Shown in pieces: positions 10,926-21,704 of a stretch of DNA of 64,000 bases (position 1 is its first letter; every line of letters begins with the position of its first letter). Both the position numbers and the translations under genes were made by a program. A model generated the notes under the pieces. The model did no database searches, had not been told where the DNA came from, and was given only the letters and a program-made list of their open reading frames with translations. Source of the stretch: Escherichia coli. GTDB taxonomy: Bacteria > Pseudomonadota > Gammaproteobacteria > Enterobacterales > Enterobacteriaceae. The stretch is taken from the NCBI RefSeq assembly GCF_009931435.1, contig NZ_CP043414.1. One strand, given 5' to 3'.

Positions 10926-12611
10926 ATGTACGATTTTAATCTGGTGTTGCTGCTGCTTCAGCAGATGTGCGTTTTTTTAGTCATTGCGTGGTTAATGAGT
11001 AAAACGCCATTATTCATACCGTTAATGCAGGTCACGGTTCGTCTGCCGCATAAATTTCTCTGCTACATCGTCTTTTCCATTTTCTGCATCATGGGCACCT
11101 GGTTTGGGCTGCATATTGACGATTCTATTGCCAATACCCGTGCGATAGGCGCGGTAATGGGCGGCTTACTCGGCGGTCCGGTCGTCGGTGGGCTGGTTGG
11201 TCTGACCGGCGGGTTACATCGATATTCGATGGGGGGCATGACCGCGCTAAGTTGCATGATCTCGACCATCGTTGAAGGATTGCTCGGCGGCCTGGTACAC
11301 AGCATCCTGATCCGTCGCGGGCGCACTGATAAAGTCTTTAACCCCATTACCGCCGGTGCCGTCACGTTCGTCGCTGAAATGGTGCAAATGTTGATCATCC
11401 TGGCGATCGCCCGACCTTATGAAGATGCGGTGCGTCTGGTGAGTAATATTGCTGCGCCAATGATGGTCACCAATACCGTCGGCGCGGCGCTGTTTATGCG
11501 TATATTGCTCGATAAACGCGCGATGTTTGAAAAATACACTTCGGCTTTTTCTGCTACTGCGCTGAAAGTGGCTGCCTCGACGGAAGGCATTTTGCGCCAG
11601 GGGTTTAACGAAGTGAACAGCATGAAAGTGGCACAGGTGCTGTATCAGGAGCTGGATATTGGTGCAGTCGCGATTACCGATCGAGAGAAATTGCTGGCCT
11701 TTACCGGAATTGGTGACGACCACCATTTACCCGGCAAACCGATTTCTTCGACTTATACCTTAAAAGCGATTGAAACCGGTGAAGTGGTCTACGCCGATGG
11801 CAACGAAGTGCCTTACCGTTGCTCGTTGCATCCGCAATGCAAACTGGGTTCGACGCTGGTGATTCCGTTGCGTGGTGAAAATCAGCGGGTGATGGGCACC
11901 ATCAAATTGTATGAAGCCAAAAACCGTTTGTTCAGTTCAATCAATCGCACGCTGGGCGAGGGGATTGCGCAATTGCTTTCGGCGCAGATTCTCGCTGGGC
12001 AATATGAGCGGCAAAAAGCGATGCTCACCCAGTCAGAGATCAAACTACTTCACGCCCAGGTGAACCCCCATTTTCTGTTCAATGCGCTTAACACCATTAA
12101 AGCGGTGATCCGCCGCGACAGCGAACAGGCCAGTCAGCTGGTGCAGTATCTTTCCACTTTTTTCCGTAAAAACTTAAAGCGGCCTTCGGAGTTTGTTACT
12201 CTCGCCGACGAAATTGAACATGTGAATGCTTATCTGCAAATTGAAAAGGCGCGCTTCCAGTCGCGGTTGCAGGTCAACATTGCTATTCCGCAAGAATTAT
12301 CCCAGCAGCAATTGCCCGCGTTTACCCTGCAACCGATTGTGGAAAACGCTATTAAACATGGGACATCACAACTGCTCGATACAGGGCGAGTGGAAATCAG
12401 CGCCCGACGTGAGGGGCAACATTTGATGCTGGAGATCGAAGACAATGCTGGTTTGTATCAACCGGTAACCAATGCCAGTGGGCTGGGGATGAATCTGGTG
12501 GATAAGCGTTTACGTGAACGGTTTGGCGATGACTATGGGATAAGCGTCGCCTGTGAGCCTGATAGTTACACCCGAATAACGTTACGACTACCATGGAGGG
12601 ACGAGGCATGA
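10926..12611 (+). CDS. btsS: Sensor histidine kinase (LytS type) of the BtsS/BtsR pyruvate-sensing two-component system
   Basis: 566-aa ORF; start [10 protein letters not shown] gives 561 aa; 5TM-Lyt membrane domain, GAF and His-kinase regions (HFLFNALN). Confidence 0.85.
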   Translation: MYDFNLVLLLLQQMCVFLVIAWLMSKTPLFIPLMQVTVRLPHKFLCYIVFSIFCIMGTWFGLHIDDSIANTRAIGAVMGGLLGGPVVGGLVGLTGGLHRYSMGGMTALSCMISTIVEGLLGGLVHSILIRRGRTDKVFNPITAGAVTFVAEMVQMLIILAIARPYEDAVRLVSNIAAPMMVTNTVGAALFMRILLDKRAMFEKYTSAFSATALKVAASTEGILRQGFNEVNSMKVAQVLYQELDIGAVAITDREKLLAFTGIGDDHHLPGKPISSTYTLKAIETGEVVYADGNEVPYRCSLHPQCKLGSTLVIPLRGENQRVMGTIKLYEAKNRLFSSINRTLGEGIAQLLSAQILAGQYERQKAMLTQSEIKLLHAQVNPHFLFNALNTIKAVIRRDSEQASQLVQYLSTFFRKNLKRPSEFVTLADEIEHVNAYLQIEKARFQSRLQVNIAIPQELSQQQLPAFTLQPIVENAIKHGTSQLLDTGRVEISARREGQHLMLEIEDNAGLYQPVTNASGLGMNLVDKRLRERFGDDYGISVACEPDSYTRITLRLPWRDEA

Positions 12612-13327
12612 TTAAAGTCTTAATTGTCGATGATGAGCCGTTAGCACGGGAGAACCTGCGCGTATTTTTGCAGGAGCAGAGTGATATTGAAATTGTCGGC
12701 GAGTGTTCAAACGCTGTAGAAGGGATCGGCGCGGTGCATAAACTGCGCCCGGACGTGCTGTTTCTTGATATCCAGATGCCGCGTATTAGCGGTCTGGAAA
12801 TGGTGGGGATGCTCGACCCGGAACATCGTCCGTATATCGTTTTTCTCACCGCGTTTGACGAATACGCCATTAAAGCCTTTGAAGAACATGCATTTGATTA
12901 TCTCCTGAAGCCAATTGATGAAGCGCGGCTGGAGAAAACGCTGGCGCGTTTGCGTCAGGAGCGCAGCAAGCAGGATGTTTCGCTGTTACCGGAAAATCAA
13001 CAGGCGCTGAAATTTATCCCTTGTACGGGGCATAGTCGGATTTATTTGCTGCAAATGAGAGATGTAGCATTTGTCAGCAGTCGGATGAGCGGTGTCTACG
13101 TTACCAGCCACGAAGGGAAAGAAGGTTTTACCGAACTGACTTTGCGCACCCTGGAGAGCCGTACACCACTACTGCGCTGCCATCGTCAGTACCTGGTTAA
13201 CCTCGCGCATTTACAGGAGATTCGTCTGGAAGATAACGGCCAGGCCGAGTTGATTTTACGTAATGGCTTAACTGTTCCGGTCAGCCGCCGCTATCTGAAA
13301 AGTTTAAAAGAGGCGATTGGCCTGTAA
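12608..13327 (+). CDS. btsR: LytTR-family response regulator
   Basis: Start [16 protein letters not shown] gives 239 aa; receiver domain plus LytTR; overlaps the btsS stop. Confidence 0.85.
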   Translation: MIKVLIVDDEPLARENLRVFLQEQSDIEIVGECSNAVEGIGAVHKLRPDVLFLDIQMPRISGLEMVGMLDPEHRPYIVFLTAFDEYAIKAFEEHAFDYLLKPIDEARLEKTLARLRQERSKQDVSLLPENQQALKFIPCTGHSRIYLLQMRDVAFVSSRMSGVYVTSHEGKEGFTELTLRTLESRTPLLRCHRQYLVNLAHLQEIRLEDNGQAELILRNGLTVPVSRRYLKSLKEAIGL

Positions 13328-13373
13328 AAGACTGCTAAAATGGTTTTTTGCCTCATCAACACCTGAAGGCCTC

Positions 13374-13844
13374 ATGCTAAGTAACGATATTCTGCGCAGC
13401 GTGCGCTACATTTTGAAAGCCAATAATAACGACCTGGTGCGCATTCTGGCGCTGGGTAATGTCGAAGCCACTGCGGAACAGATCGCCGTCTGGCTACGCA
13501 AAGAAGACGAAGAAGGGTTTCAGCGTTGTCCGGACATTGTTCTGTCTTCATTCCTGAATGGCCTGATTTATGAAAAACGTGGCAAGGATGAGTCAGCGCC
13601 GGCACTGGAGCCGGAACGTCGCATTAATAACAACATCGTGCTGAAAAAATTACGTATCGCGTTTTCGCTGAAAACTGATGATATTCTGGCGATCCTTACC
13701 GAACAGCAGTTCCGCGTTTCGATGCCGGAAATTACGGCGATGATGCGTGCACCGGATCATAAAAACTTCCGCGAATGCGGCGATCAATTTTTACGTTATT
13801 TTTTGCGTGGACTGGCAGCGCGCCAGCATGTGAAGAAAAGCTAA
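13374..13844 (+). CDS. yehS: DUF1456-family protein YehS
   Basis: 175-aa ORF; internal start MLSNDILRSV gives 156 aa. Confidence 0.75.
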   Translation: MLSNDILRSVRYILKANNNDLVRILALGNVEATAEQIAVWLRKEDEEGFQRCPDIVLSSFLNGLIYEKRGKDESAPALEPERRINNNIVLKKLRIAFSLKTDDILAILTEQQFRVSMPEITAMMRAPDHKNFRECGDQFLRYFLRGLAARQHVKKS

Positions 13845-13850
13845 GACGGG

Positions 13851-13882
13851 CATGGCGGCCATGCGAAAAACATGGCCGCCGA
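13851..13882. terminator. Bidirectional hairpin between convergent yehS and yehR
   Basis: Palindrome ggcggccatgcgaaaaacatggccgcc between the two stop codons. Confidence 0.5.
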
Positions 13883-13886
13883 CAGA

Positions 13887-14348
13887 TTATTTCACTTCTT
13901 TAAAACCAGCGGCTTTCATCACCAGTTCCATTTGCGCCATAGTGATACCTTTTTTGGCATCTTCAGCAGAAACGTTGATACCTGAAATACCCTGCAGGGC
14001 TTTAAAATCAACTTTTTCCATATCGATAGTCACGTTTTCCTGAGCATAAGTATCGGTAAAGGTTAATTTTTCTTCAACGCCAGGGATGTTTTTATATTTG
14101 GCACTTAACGGCTCAAGTGTCTTGGCAGCATCTTCTTTGGTGGTTGCACCAATGGAAGCAAATTGAATTTTGGTTTCAGAAGATTGCTTAAGAACCTTGT
14201 CACCTTTGTAGACATAGGTAATAGCAATTTCAGTACCGTTCAGATTAGCGCTAAATTTCTTCGATTCTTCTTTGTCACCGCAGCCAGCAAGAGAGAAAAC
14301 CAGAACAGATGCAACAACAAGGGAAAACAGCTTATTGAAAGCCTTCAT
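13887..14348 (-). CDS. yehR: Lipoprotein YehR
   Basis: Start MKAFNKLFSLVVASVLVFSLAGC (lipobox LAGC) gives 153 aa. Confidence 0.8.
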   Translation of the reverse strand: MKAFNKLFSLVVASVLVFSLAGCGDKEESKKFSANLNGTEIAITYVYKGDKVLKQSSETKIQFASIGATTKEDAAKTLEPLSAKYKNIPGVEEKLTFTDTYAQENVTIDMEKVDFKALQGISGINVSAEDAKKGITMAQMELVMKAAGFKEVK

Positions 14349-14479
14349 GTAAAACTCCATTTTATTTAATCAAGGAACTGGTGACCACACCAGGGGCCAT
14401 ATAGGATATGCCTAATACCTTGGCGTGAGCAGTCCGGAACTGGAGTAGAACTCTTTGTAAAAAGCACTATTTGTTCTTG

Positions 14480-16471
14480 TTACTCAAGCAAGGTTAATAA
14501 TTGTTCGCAAAGCAAAACGCAGTTATTCATTGCTTCTCCCCGTGCCTCGCCTTCTGTATTACGAAATTGTCCCAACACATGTGCCAGCCGATAAAAACCC
14601 ATCGCGGTGAGTTCATTGACCAGCAACTCTGACTGACTAATGGCACTCTGTTCCTGATAGCGCCAGCCATTATGGAGCAGTTGAATAAGCAACGCCTGAC
14701 AGCGCATCAGTAACTGATGAGTGGTAGACGGTACAGGCAGAACGCTGGCAGAAGGTAGCGGTGTCACAGGCGCAGTTTCTGCGTCCAGTGCCCAGGCGCG
14801 GGTTTGCGTCATCATTACTCGTGGTTCCAGTGTCAATTGCCCCTCAGCAAAATTGATAAACCCAGAAACCAGACTAACGGGATCTTCTGTTTGTTGTAAT
14901 AGAGCTGCCATGCGTTCAACAGCAAAGGGCGCACTGGCTGAAGCTGGCAGTGATAACGTCAGCACATTATCTTCACCTTCGCCACTGATTACCTGCGCAT
15001 CCAGTGTCTGCCGACTGCTGTCCCAACCGAGTGAAATGCACTCTTCTACTGGCAGAATAAATAAGTTATCGACCTGGTTAAGCGGTCGTATGGCGGCTGG
15101 CGGACGTTGGCGTAAATATTCCCGCAAAGCCACAATGCCCGGCTGGCGCAGTGGTGCGCTCAACATTTGCCAGGCATCAGGCGACAGCGGAACAACACTG
15201 CTTAAGCGGTTGCGGGTAGCTAATAGCAACTCGCCATCGGCACTGCGTTTTGCTGCTTGTGAAACAATTTGCCCACCCGCCAGCGCGCCAGCCTGAAAAC
15301 TAAACAGCCGCCGTTTTGCCGCTGGAGAGTTATCCTGTTCACTTCTCGGCCAACTGCGCGAAAGATGCAAAATACTGCCGGTGTCGGGATCGGTGAACCA
15401 GATGCGTAAACCATACCGCTCATTATCCTGCCAGCAACGCATACCTAGTGACACCAGCCGCAAATGATCAAGCTTTGCTTCGCCAGCAATGCCTGCGCCA
15501 ACGACCGTGCGCCACGGTATGGGCGGTACTTCACCGACACTGTCACGTCGCGCTATCTCTTGTGCACTGTTCAAGCGACTGGTTAACGCCGCAAGCTGGC
15601 ACAAGCATTTTCCGGCATGATAGTGGCTGGCGCGGGCGTGGAAGGCATCAACGCTTGCCCGTAGCTGTCGTAGTGATTCACTTACCCAACGCCAGTTGCA
15701 GCGTTCCGCCGCTTGCTGCGCGCGGCTGAAAGCAGCCTCGTAATGAATAAGCGGCTGGCTGATCCCGCCCAGCCATAATGCCTGACTTAATTGCTGAACA
15801 TAGTGACGACATGCTTTACCTTCGTCGCTGGAAAACGGATCGTCAGATGATGTGACGTGTTCACTGTGCATCTGCCAGATCAAATGAGTAAATTCTGCTT
15901 GTTGATTTTTGGCCTCGACGAAGGCCTGCACAGCCAGTACTACGTGTTCACACAGCGTTCCTTCAATACAGTCACAACGGGCGAAACGAATGCTGCTGCG
16001 GGAATAAAAACGCACATCGCTCATCGGTAAGCGGGCAGAGGGAATTTCGCCCGGGGTGCAGAACAACTCAATGGTGATGCCTTTAGCGACCAGCGCCTGC
16101 GCGCGTTTGCGCGTGGTATTGGGCAGGGTAGCCAGTTCTTCCTGCCAGATTGCCGGATCCCACTCTTCTTCTTTTTCCGTAGGCTGGGCGGTGGCACAAA
16201 GTCGTTGATAACTTAACACCAGCATCACGCGATGACGGCACATGCCGCTGGCCCCGCAGCTGCATTGAGCCTCTTTCAGTGCCTGACTGTTCGCCAGCCG
16301 GGTACGGACACCGTCACTGAACGTGGCGATTAAAGCGCCGTTCTCATGGCAGATTTCCGGGACATTGCCATTTTCCAGTTCCTTAAGGCTGCGCTTCACA
16401 AAACCAGCATTGCTTAACGCCGTCAGGGCCTGCGGTGTCAGTTCTAATAATTCCGGACGTAGTGAATTCAT
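14480..16471 (-). CDS. yehQ: SWIM zinc-finger protein YehQ (start uncertain)
   Basis: Two CxCxnCxH motifs (CSCGASGMCRH and CDCIEGTLCEH); first ATG (MNSLRPELLEL) lies directly after the yehP stop. Confidence 0.75.
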   Translation of the reverse strand: MNSLRPELLELTPQALTALSNAGFVKRSLKELENGNVPEICHENGALIATFSDGVRTRLANSQALKEAQCSCGASGMCRHRVMLVLSYQRLCATAQPTEKEEEWDPAIWQEELATLPNTTRKRAQALVAKGITIELFCTPGEIPSARLPMSDVRFYSRSSIRFARCDCIEGTLCEHVVLAVQAFVEAKNQQAEFTHLIWQMHSEHVTSSDDPFSSDEGKACRHYVQQLSQALWLGGISQPLIHYEAAFSRAQQAAERCNWRWVSESLRQLRASVDAFHARASHYHAGKCLCQLAALTSRLNSAQEIARRDSVGEVPPIPWRTVVGAGIAGEAKLDHLRLVSLGMRCWQDNERYGLRIWFTDPDTGSILHLSRSWPRSEQDNSPAAKRRLFSFQAGALAGGQIVSQAAKRSADGELLLATRNRLSSVVPLSPDAWQMLSAPLRQPGIVALREYLRQRPPAAIRPLNQVDNLFILPVEECISLGWDSSRQTLDAQVISGEGEDNVLTLSLPASASAPFAVERMAALLQQTEDPVSLVSGFINFAEGQLTLEPRVMMTQTRAWALDAETAPVTPLPSASVLPVPSTTHQLLMRCQALLIQLLHNGWRYQEQSAISQSELLVNELTAMGFYRLAHVLGQFRNTEGEARGEAMNNCVLLCEQLLTLLE

Positions 16472-17604
16472 GACTGAAGATTCTCCGCAAGCCAGGTCGC
16501 CAGTTCGCCTGGCGTCATCGCGGCTATTTGTGCGCCGACATTTACCAGCGCCTGGGCTGTATCGCGGTCGTAGCAAGGTGTTGCGGTGCTATCGAGCGCT
16601 GCCAGTCCCAGCACTTTGATGCCGCTCTGGACACACTTTTTCACCTGATGCGTCAGCAATGATGATGAACCCCCTTCATAGAAATCGCTCACGAGGATAA
16701 TGACGCTTTTCGCTGGTTGTTCAATAAGTTGCCGACCATACTCCACGGCACTGGCGATATTGGTCCCGCCGCCCAGTTGTACTTTCATTAATAACTCTAC
16801 CGGATCAGCAACGTCTGCCGTGAGATCAACGACGCTGGTGTCAAAAGCGACCAGATGGGTGCGGATACCGGGTAACTGCCATAAACAGGCCGCCATCACC
16901 GCTGAGTGGATCACCGAATCGACCATTGATCCGCTTTGATCAACCAGTAACACCAGCTGCCATTGTTCGCTATGGCGTTTAATTCGGCTGTTAAAGCGGG
17001 GGGATTCGATATACAACTTGCCGTGTTGCGGGTGCCAGTGTTGCAGGTTGGCGCGCAGAGTACTTTTGAAATCGAAATTACGCGCCAGTGGAATAAATGA
17101 GCGGCGACGGCGATCGCGTACACCTGAAAAAGCCTGACGAACTTCCTTTGCCAGTCGCGCCATAATTTCTTCAACAACCTGGCGCACTATCCGGCGGGCG
17201 GCAGCCAGCACTTCGGGATTCATCAGATGTTTGGTGTGCAAAACGGCGCGTAGCAGGCTTTCAGAGGGCTGCATACGTTCCAGCACGTCGAGATTCGTCA
17301 CCACATCTTCAATGCCGTAGCGCAGTACGGCATCGCTTTCCAGCCGCTCAATCACCTGTTGCGGGAACAGCGTGTGAATACTGTTGATCCAATCAGGGGT
17401 GGTGAGATTTGAGCCACCTAATCCACCGGAGCGTTCACCACGCTGGAGCCGTTCAGGGTCGCGCCCGTACAGCCACTCCAGCGCGTGGTCTATCCGCCGG
17501 GCGTTGTCATCCAGCCCACAAAGCGTCGTTTCTGCCGCTTCGCCAAGAATTAATCGCCAGCGTTGTAGCTCACGAGTGGTCAGAAGATCGTTCAGTTCAG
17601 ACAT
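16468..17604 (-). CDS. yehP: von Willebrand factor A domain protein YehP
   Basis: Internal start MSELNDLLTT gives 378 aa; MIDAS-like DxSxS motif (LVDQSGSM); overlaps the yehM stop. Confidence 0.8.
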   Translation of the reverse strand: MSELNDLLTTRELQRWRLILGEAAETTLCGLDDNARRIDHALEWLYGRDPERLQRGERSGGLGGSNLTTPDWINSIHTLFPQQVIERLESDAVLRYGIEDVVTNLDVLERMQPSESLLRAVLHTKHLMNPEVLAAARRIVRQVVEEIMARLAKEVRQAFSGVRDRRRRSFIPLARNFDFKSTLRANLQHWHPQHGKLYIESPRFNSRIKRHSEQWQLVLLVDQSGSMVDSVIHSAVMAACLWQLPGIRTHLVAFDTSVVDLTADVADPVELLMKVQLGGGTNIASAVEYGRQLIEQPAKSVIILVSDFYEGGSSSLLTHQVKKCVQSGIKVLGLAALDSTATPCYDRDTAQALVNVGAQIAAMTPGELATWLAENLQS

Positions 17605-19876
17605 GGAAAACTCCCCAGTGTTGCAGTGATGCCAGTGCCTGCTGTTCGAGTTGTTGATGATGTGCAATGGCTTGCGGTGGGCAATGCAACGGCATTTGCA
17701 GCGCCGAAACGGGAAGCTGAGCGAGCTGGTAATGCTCAAGCACCTGATGCGCCAGCGTCCCGCGTTCTCGTGGCGGTAGCCAGGCCATCGCCGCGCGCAA
17801 ATCGGGCAGGGCGTTAATAAAATCGGCGTCACTCAGTTGATTCAAATGGCTGCTGAAACCGGCGATAAATGCAGGCTGACTGGCCAGTTGATGGCGGGCT
17901 AATGCCAGCAAACCGTGCAGCGCCTCGCCAGATTGTGCCGGGGATAATTGTGCCAGCATCGTCAGCGCCGCTTCGGCACTGGCGTTGGGATGTTCCAGAC
18001 GCATCAGCGCGCCAAGGGCCGCACCGCGATCCAGCGCTGGGGCATGAATCGCCTGACTGCGACGTTCCAGTAAGGCTACCGCCGCAGAAAGCGAAACGCC
18101 GGGTAAATTAACGCCGCTATTTAGATCGCGCAGGATATGGCAAAGCGCCTGCCAGCTATGCAGGTGAGCGTGAAACTCCTTCTCATCCGGCCTGCCGTTG
18201 GATTCACATAGCCACAGTGTGCGATCGATAGCCGCGTATAACGTCGTCTGTAATATCTGCGCGCCTTGCATACCGCTGATTTCATCGAGCTGCCACAAGG
18301 CGTAAAGCACTTCCAGCGCCTGGCCCATTTCGGCAAACTGATTTTCCTGGGCGATTAATAATGTGAGTTGTTCCAGTAATTGCTGACTGAAGGACGCCAG
18401 ACCCGCTAACGCTGCCTGGCTAAGACATGTGGTGATGCCGCTGATTCCACCCGCGTCCAGCATATCGGCTTCTAATTTATTGCGTGCGGCCTCCTGGAGT
18501 GTGGCACCAAAGCAGGCGGCTTCAATCAATGCCGCATGTTGGCTAAGTGGCTGGGTTAATGTCCAGCGTTCTTCACCGTTGCCCGCCAGCGTCAGTGTAC
18601 TTCCGTGCTGGCGCACAATGCCGGGAATCTCCAGTATTGCCAACCGATGTAGCACCTGACTTTGCGCCAGTCCATCGGGGGTAAAGCGATTTAAGGTAAG
18701 CTCCGCCGGAAGAGAGATTCCGGTACGTTCCAGTTCGCAGGTGACATCTTTTGGCAGAGGTGGCTGTGGCGTCGAGGGGGCAAGTTTACCGAATCCGTCA
18801 CCTGCTAATGTGTCTATCAACGTTACCAGTATCGGATCGGTATCGGGATGAATAACGCCGCGATAGCTCCACGGCAACGGCGCGTTCAGGGCTTCTTTGA
18901 TCAGCGAGCCTGCTATAGCATCCAGCCAGTCAGTGCGTAACGGTAGTGTATGACCGCGCAACTGTGCCAGTGCCATCGCATGCAGATGAGCGGCAGCCAT
19001 ATCCGCTGTTGAAGCAGGCAAGTGGTGCTGGCGCAAACGGGTAAGAACCGTTTTTAGTAGTTGTTCACCTGCCTGCTGCAAGCCCCACCGCCAGCACCAG
19101 TTTTGCCAGACCGGGGCAGGCATTCCTGAAAGGTATCCTGCCAGCACATCAAGGCGCTTTTCACTGTATGGCGTGAGATAGCAACCTGTAACGGCATCAT
19201 CCTGTGAGAGCAATTCTGGCTTGTTAATTTCTTGCGGGCATTCGCGCCACATTTTTGCAAGTGCCGGAGCGTGCCAGCCTCCGCAGACGACTAATACGTC
19301 GCCATTATTTTGCTGCATCGCCCATGCAATCCAGCGGGCCATAAAGGCTTCGCGCTGACGATTGAGTGCATCGCCGGAGGCGTCGCCCCGCAGTTGTGCA
19401 AAATAGTGCGCCAGTGCAGAGGGTAATATAGTTTGCTGGCTTTCATCTTCGAACAGGTGATCCCACAGAGTGTCGCTGTTATCCATACGAGTGGCACGCA
19501 GCAACAAAGCCTGGCTTTCCTCTTGCGTACCGGGTGACTCGTCCTCTTCTTCACTCTGCGCCCAGCAAGGCAAATCGATGAAGTAAGTTTGTGCCTGAAT
19601 ACGACGTGCGGCTTGTAGCGCCTGCCACTCCGGCGAAAATTCAGCAAATGGCGTCCAGGCACCACGCCCGGGGGCCGCACCGTCCTGATACTGGCAATAA
19701 CTGTAAATAGCTACCGGAAGCTGGTGGGCTAACAACAGTTCGTCTACCCGGTCATTAAAATCAGCCGGGCCTTCAATCAACACGTATCGTGGCCGCTGGC
19801 TTTCGATTAACGATTTCACCAGCCGGGCGCAGGCCGGACTATGATGCCGGATGCCGACAATTAACGGCTCGCTCAT
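17597..19876 (-). CDS. yehM: Uncharacterised protein YehM
   Basis: Internal start MSEPLIVGIRHH gives 759 aa; overlaps the yehL 3' end; no recognisable catalytic motif. Confidence 0.75.
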   Translation of the reverse strand: MSEPLIVGIRHHSPACARLVKSLIESQRPRYVLIEGPADFNDRVDELLLAHQLPVAIYSYCQYQDGAAPGRGAWTPFAEFSPEWQALQAARRIQAQTYFIDLPCWAQSEEEDESPGTQEESQALLLRATRMDNSDTLWDHLFEDESQQTILPSALAHYFAQLRGDASGDALNRQREAFMARWIAWAMQQNNGDVLVVCGGWHAPALAKMWRECPQEINKPELLSQDDAVTGCYLTPYSEKRLDVLAGYLSGMPAPVWQNWCWRWGLQQAGEQLLKTVLTRLRQHHLPASTADMAAAHLHAMALAQLRGHTLPLRTDWLDAIAGSLIKEALNAPLPWSYRGVIHPDTDPILVTLIDTLAGDGFGKLAPSTPQPPLPKDVTCELERTGISLPAELTLNRFTPDGLAQSQVLHRLAILEIPGIVRQHGSTLTLAGNGEERWTLTQPLSQHAALIEAACFGATLQEAARNKLEADMLDAGGISGITTCLSQAALAGLASFSQQLLEQLTLLIAQENQFAEMGQALEVLYALWQLDEISGMQGAQILQTTLYAAIDRTLWLCESNGRPDEKEFHAHLHSWQALCHILRDLNSGVNLPGVSLSAAVALLERRSQAIHAPALDRGAALGALMRLEHPNASAEAALTMLAQLSPAQSGEALHGLLALARHQLASQPAFIAGFSSHLNQLSDADFINALPDLRAAMAWLPPRERGTLAHQVLEHYQLAQLPVSALQMPLHCPPQAIAHHQQLEQQALASLQHWGVFHV

Positions 19877-19886
19877 GCATCTTTCC

Positions 19887-20975
19887 TCACGGCAGGCGGT
19901 GGCGAGCTTGATAATAAGCCTGCCAGTGAGCTTCTTTATGTGTAGCGACACGTTGTTCGAAGTAACGGCGCAGACGTGCGCGATCTTCTTCGTTATCTTT
20001 GACGATGGTTCCGGCAATACAGTCCACCAGGTCGGCTGGCTCCCCCGCGCGATTCGCTAAAAACCAGGCGCGGACGCCCACGGCGTGGGCCACGTTAACG
20101 GCTTCAGCGGTGGACATAATCGCTGTAAAGGTATCCATTGAGGTTTTCTTTTCGCCGTTGGCACGCAGATCGCGGAAGGTGCGGACCAGTAACTCCAGTA
20201 CCGCGTCAGGCACTTTATGCGGAATGCCACTATGGGCCAATAAACGCGCCGAAGCACTGGCGACCAGTTCCAGTTCCTGGGCGAAATCCATAATCGGAAA
20301 GACAGTTTCAAAATCGAATCGACGTTTTAGTGCCGCGCTCATTTCATTAACGCCGCGATCGCGGGTATTGGCAGTGGCAATAATATTAAAGCCTTCTCGC
20401 GCATAGAGCTGACTGGCTTCACCAGTGAGTTCCGGCACCGTCATAACCCTGTCAGAAAGCATACCTAACAGACAGTCTTGTACTTCCAGTGGTGTACGCG
20501 TTATCTCTTCAAAACGGACAATTTTGCCGTCGCGCATTCCCTGGTAGAGCGGGGCAGGGACCAGCGCTTCCGTTGACGGACCATGATTAATAAGCAGGGC
20601 GTAGTTCCAGCCGTACTTGATTTGATCTTCGGTGGTAGATGCGCCGCCCTGGATAGTTAACCCAGCATCGCCGCTAATAGCGGTTGCCAGTAATTCAGAC
20701 AGGAGCGATTTTGCGGTGCCTGGTTCCCCCACCAACATCAAACCGCGCCCGGTAGCAAGAGTGACTAACATGCGTTCGACAGCGGAGGGACTAATCACGA
20801 CTTTACGGCTGATATTTTGCGCGCTATCGCCAAGAATAAAAGAACGGGCCGCAGGCAAACTTAACTGCCAACCGGGCGGGCAAGGTGCGTGATCATTTTG
20901 TTTTAATTTTGCCAGTTCATCGGCGTATAACACAGCGGCAGGTGGACGCTGCAGATGATTATTCTGCGGTGACAT
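19887..20975 (-). CDS. yehL: MoxR-like AAA+ ATPase YehL
   Basis: Walker A LVGEPGTAKS; start at MSPQNNHLQRPP has an AGGGA Shine-Dalgarno-like sequence upstream and gives 362 aa (the ORF-track start at 21041 has none). Confidence 0.8.
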   Translation of the reverse strand: MSPQNNHLQRPPAAVLYADELAKLKQNDHAPCPPGWQLSLPAARSFILGDSAQNISRKVVISPSAVERMLVTLATGRGLMLVGEPGTAKSLLSELLATAISGDAGLTIQGGASTTEDQIKYGWNYALLINHGPSTEALVPAPLYQGMRDGKIVRFEEITRTPLEVQDCLLGMLSDRVMTVPELTGEASQLYAREGFNIIATANTRDRGVNEMSAALKRRFDFETVFPIMDFAQELELVASASARLLAHSGIPHKVPDAVLELLVRTFRDLRANGEKKTSMDTFTAIMSTAEAVNVAHAVGVRAWFLANRAGEPADLVDCIAGTIVKDNEEDRARLRRYFEQRVATHKEAHWQAYYQARHRLP

Positions 20976-21094
20976 ATATTCATCCCTGAAATGTATTAAT
21001 GAAATAAAAGATATTTTACGCGCAATAAATGTTTGGCGCATTAGTTGTTTGAGCGGAAAATATCTGGAAAGCAGATCACAGTAAATAAAAAAAC

Positions 21095-21235
21095 CTGCTG
21101 GTGAGGCAGGTTCTTTTATTTACTACTTTCAGGCCTAACACCACGGCCTGTGCAACATCGTGTTCCAACGAACGAATTATAACCACCGCTGGACCCCGTT
21201 GCAATTAAGATAATGAGATTTATAATCCTGACAGT
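21095..21235 (-). ncRNA. orzO: Candidate OrzO antitoxin sRNA, copy 1 (boundaries approximate)
   Basis: On the minus strand the hairpin aacctgcctcaccagcaggtt is followed by a 7-T run, i.e. a terminator for a transcript running divergently from the zorO leader. Confidence 0.35.
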
Positions 21236-21407
21236 TGGGAGGTTGCGCCGGATCGAACCAATTTCAAGTCCTGGCTACCGGACGGGTGGTGCTGCAGGTG
21301 GTGCCCTGATCCGGAGTGCAACATCGTGGTCCAACATACGTAAACCAGTATCGACAGGCAGTGTAAGGGTAAGGTGCTGGTGTTGCGCTCCTTAATAAGG
21401 AGAGCGG

Positions 21408-21497
21408 ATGGACACGCTGACACAAAAGTTAACCGTGCTCATTGCCGTACTGGAGTTATTAGTGGCTCTGTTACGGTTGATTGATTTGTTGAAGTAA
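21408..21497 (+). CDS. zorO: Type I toxin ZorO, 29-aa hydrophobic peptide, copy 1
   Basis: atg..taa ORF encoding MDTLTQKLTVLIAVLELLVALLRLIDLLK, preceded by ggagag Shine-Dalgarno-like sequence and followed by hairpin gggggaaaataccgcttccccc plus T-tract; matches my recollection of ZorO. Confidence 0.75.
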   Translation: MDTLTQKLTVLIAVLELLVALLRLIDLLK

Positions 21498-21704
21498 CGG
21501 GCAAATTGAAACGCATCTAAGGGGGAAAATACCGCTTCCCCCTTTAATAAAATGATTACTGTTTTTAATAATTCATCATATAACTCATTTTTATTTATAA
21601 ATTCATCGATTTTATATTCAACGCACCATTTGACCGGGATGTAAATATTTATGGTGGGCTATTGGCAAAAAATATCTGGAAAGTAGATCGCAGAAAATAA
21701 AAGA

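Larger units (their letters stand above)
21058..21552. repeat. zor-orz repeat unit 1 (direct repeat of about 495 bp)
   Basis: Near-identical to 21668..22162 including both terminator hairpins and the small toxin ORF; the two copies are about 610 bp apart. Confidence 0.8.

Noticed and set aside
14721-15296. 191-aa plus-strand ORF antisense to yehQ, and similar short antisense ORFs within yehM and the giant paralogs
   Set aside because: Antisense frames within long coding genes; Ser/Ala/Arg-rich and unstructured.
19887-21041. N-terminal extensions implied by the ORF-track starts for yehL, yehM, yehP, yehQ, dld, bglX, metG, rcnB, fbaB and others
   Set aside because: The extended starts lack Shine-Dalgarno sequences or overlap the upstream gene; internal ATGs with better context give the known protein lengths.
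21240-21275. tRNA T-arm-like motif (ggttcgatccggc on the minus strand) in the zorO leader
   Set aside because: No full cloverleaf, no acceptor stem with CCA context, and it recurs inside a repeat that is better explained as the toxin mRNA 5' UTR.
21213-21395. 60-aa ORFs in the track at 21213..21395 and 21823..22005 (+), and 67-aa ORFs at 21220..21423 and 21830..22033 (-), inside the zor-orz repeats
   Set aside because: They lie in the long zorO leader, have no convincing ribosome-binding site, the minus-strand ones start at GTG, and their products are Arg/Gly/Cys-rich and low-complexity. The real coding unit is the 29-aa peptide, which is below the track's size cut-off.
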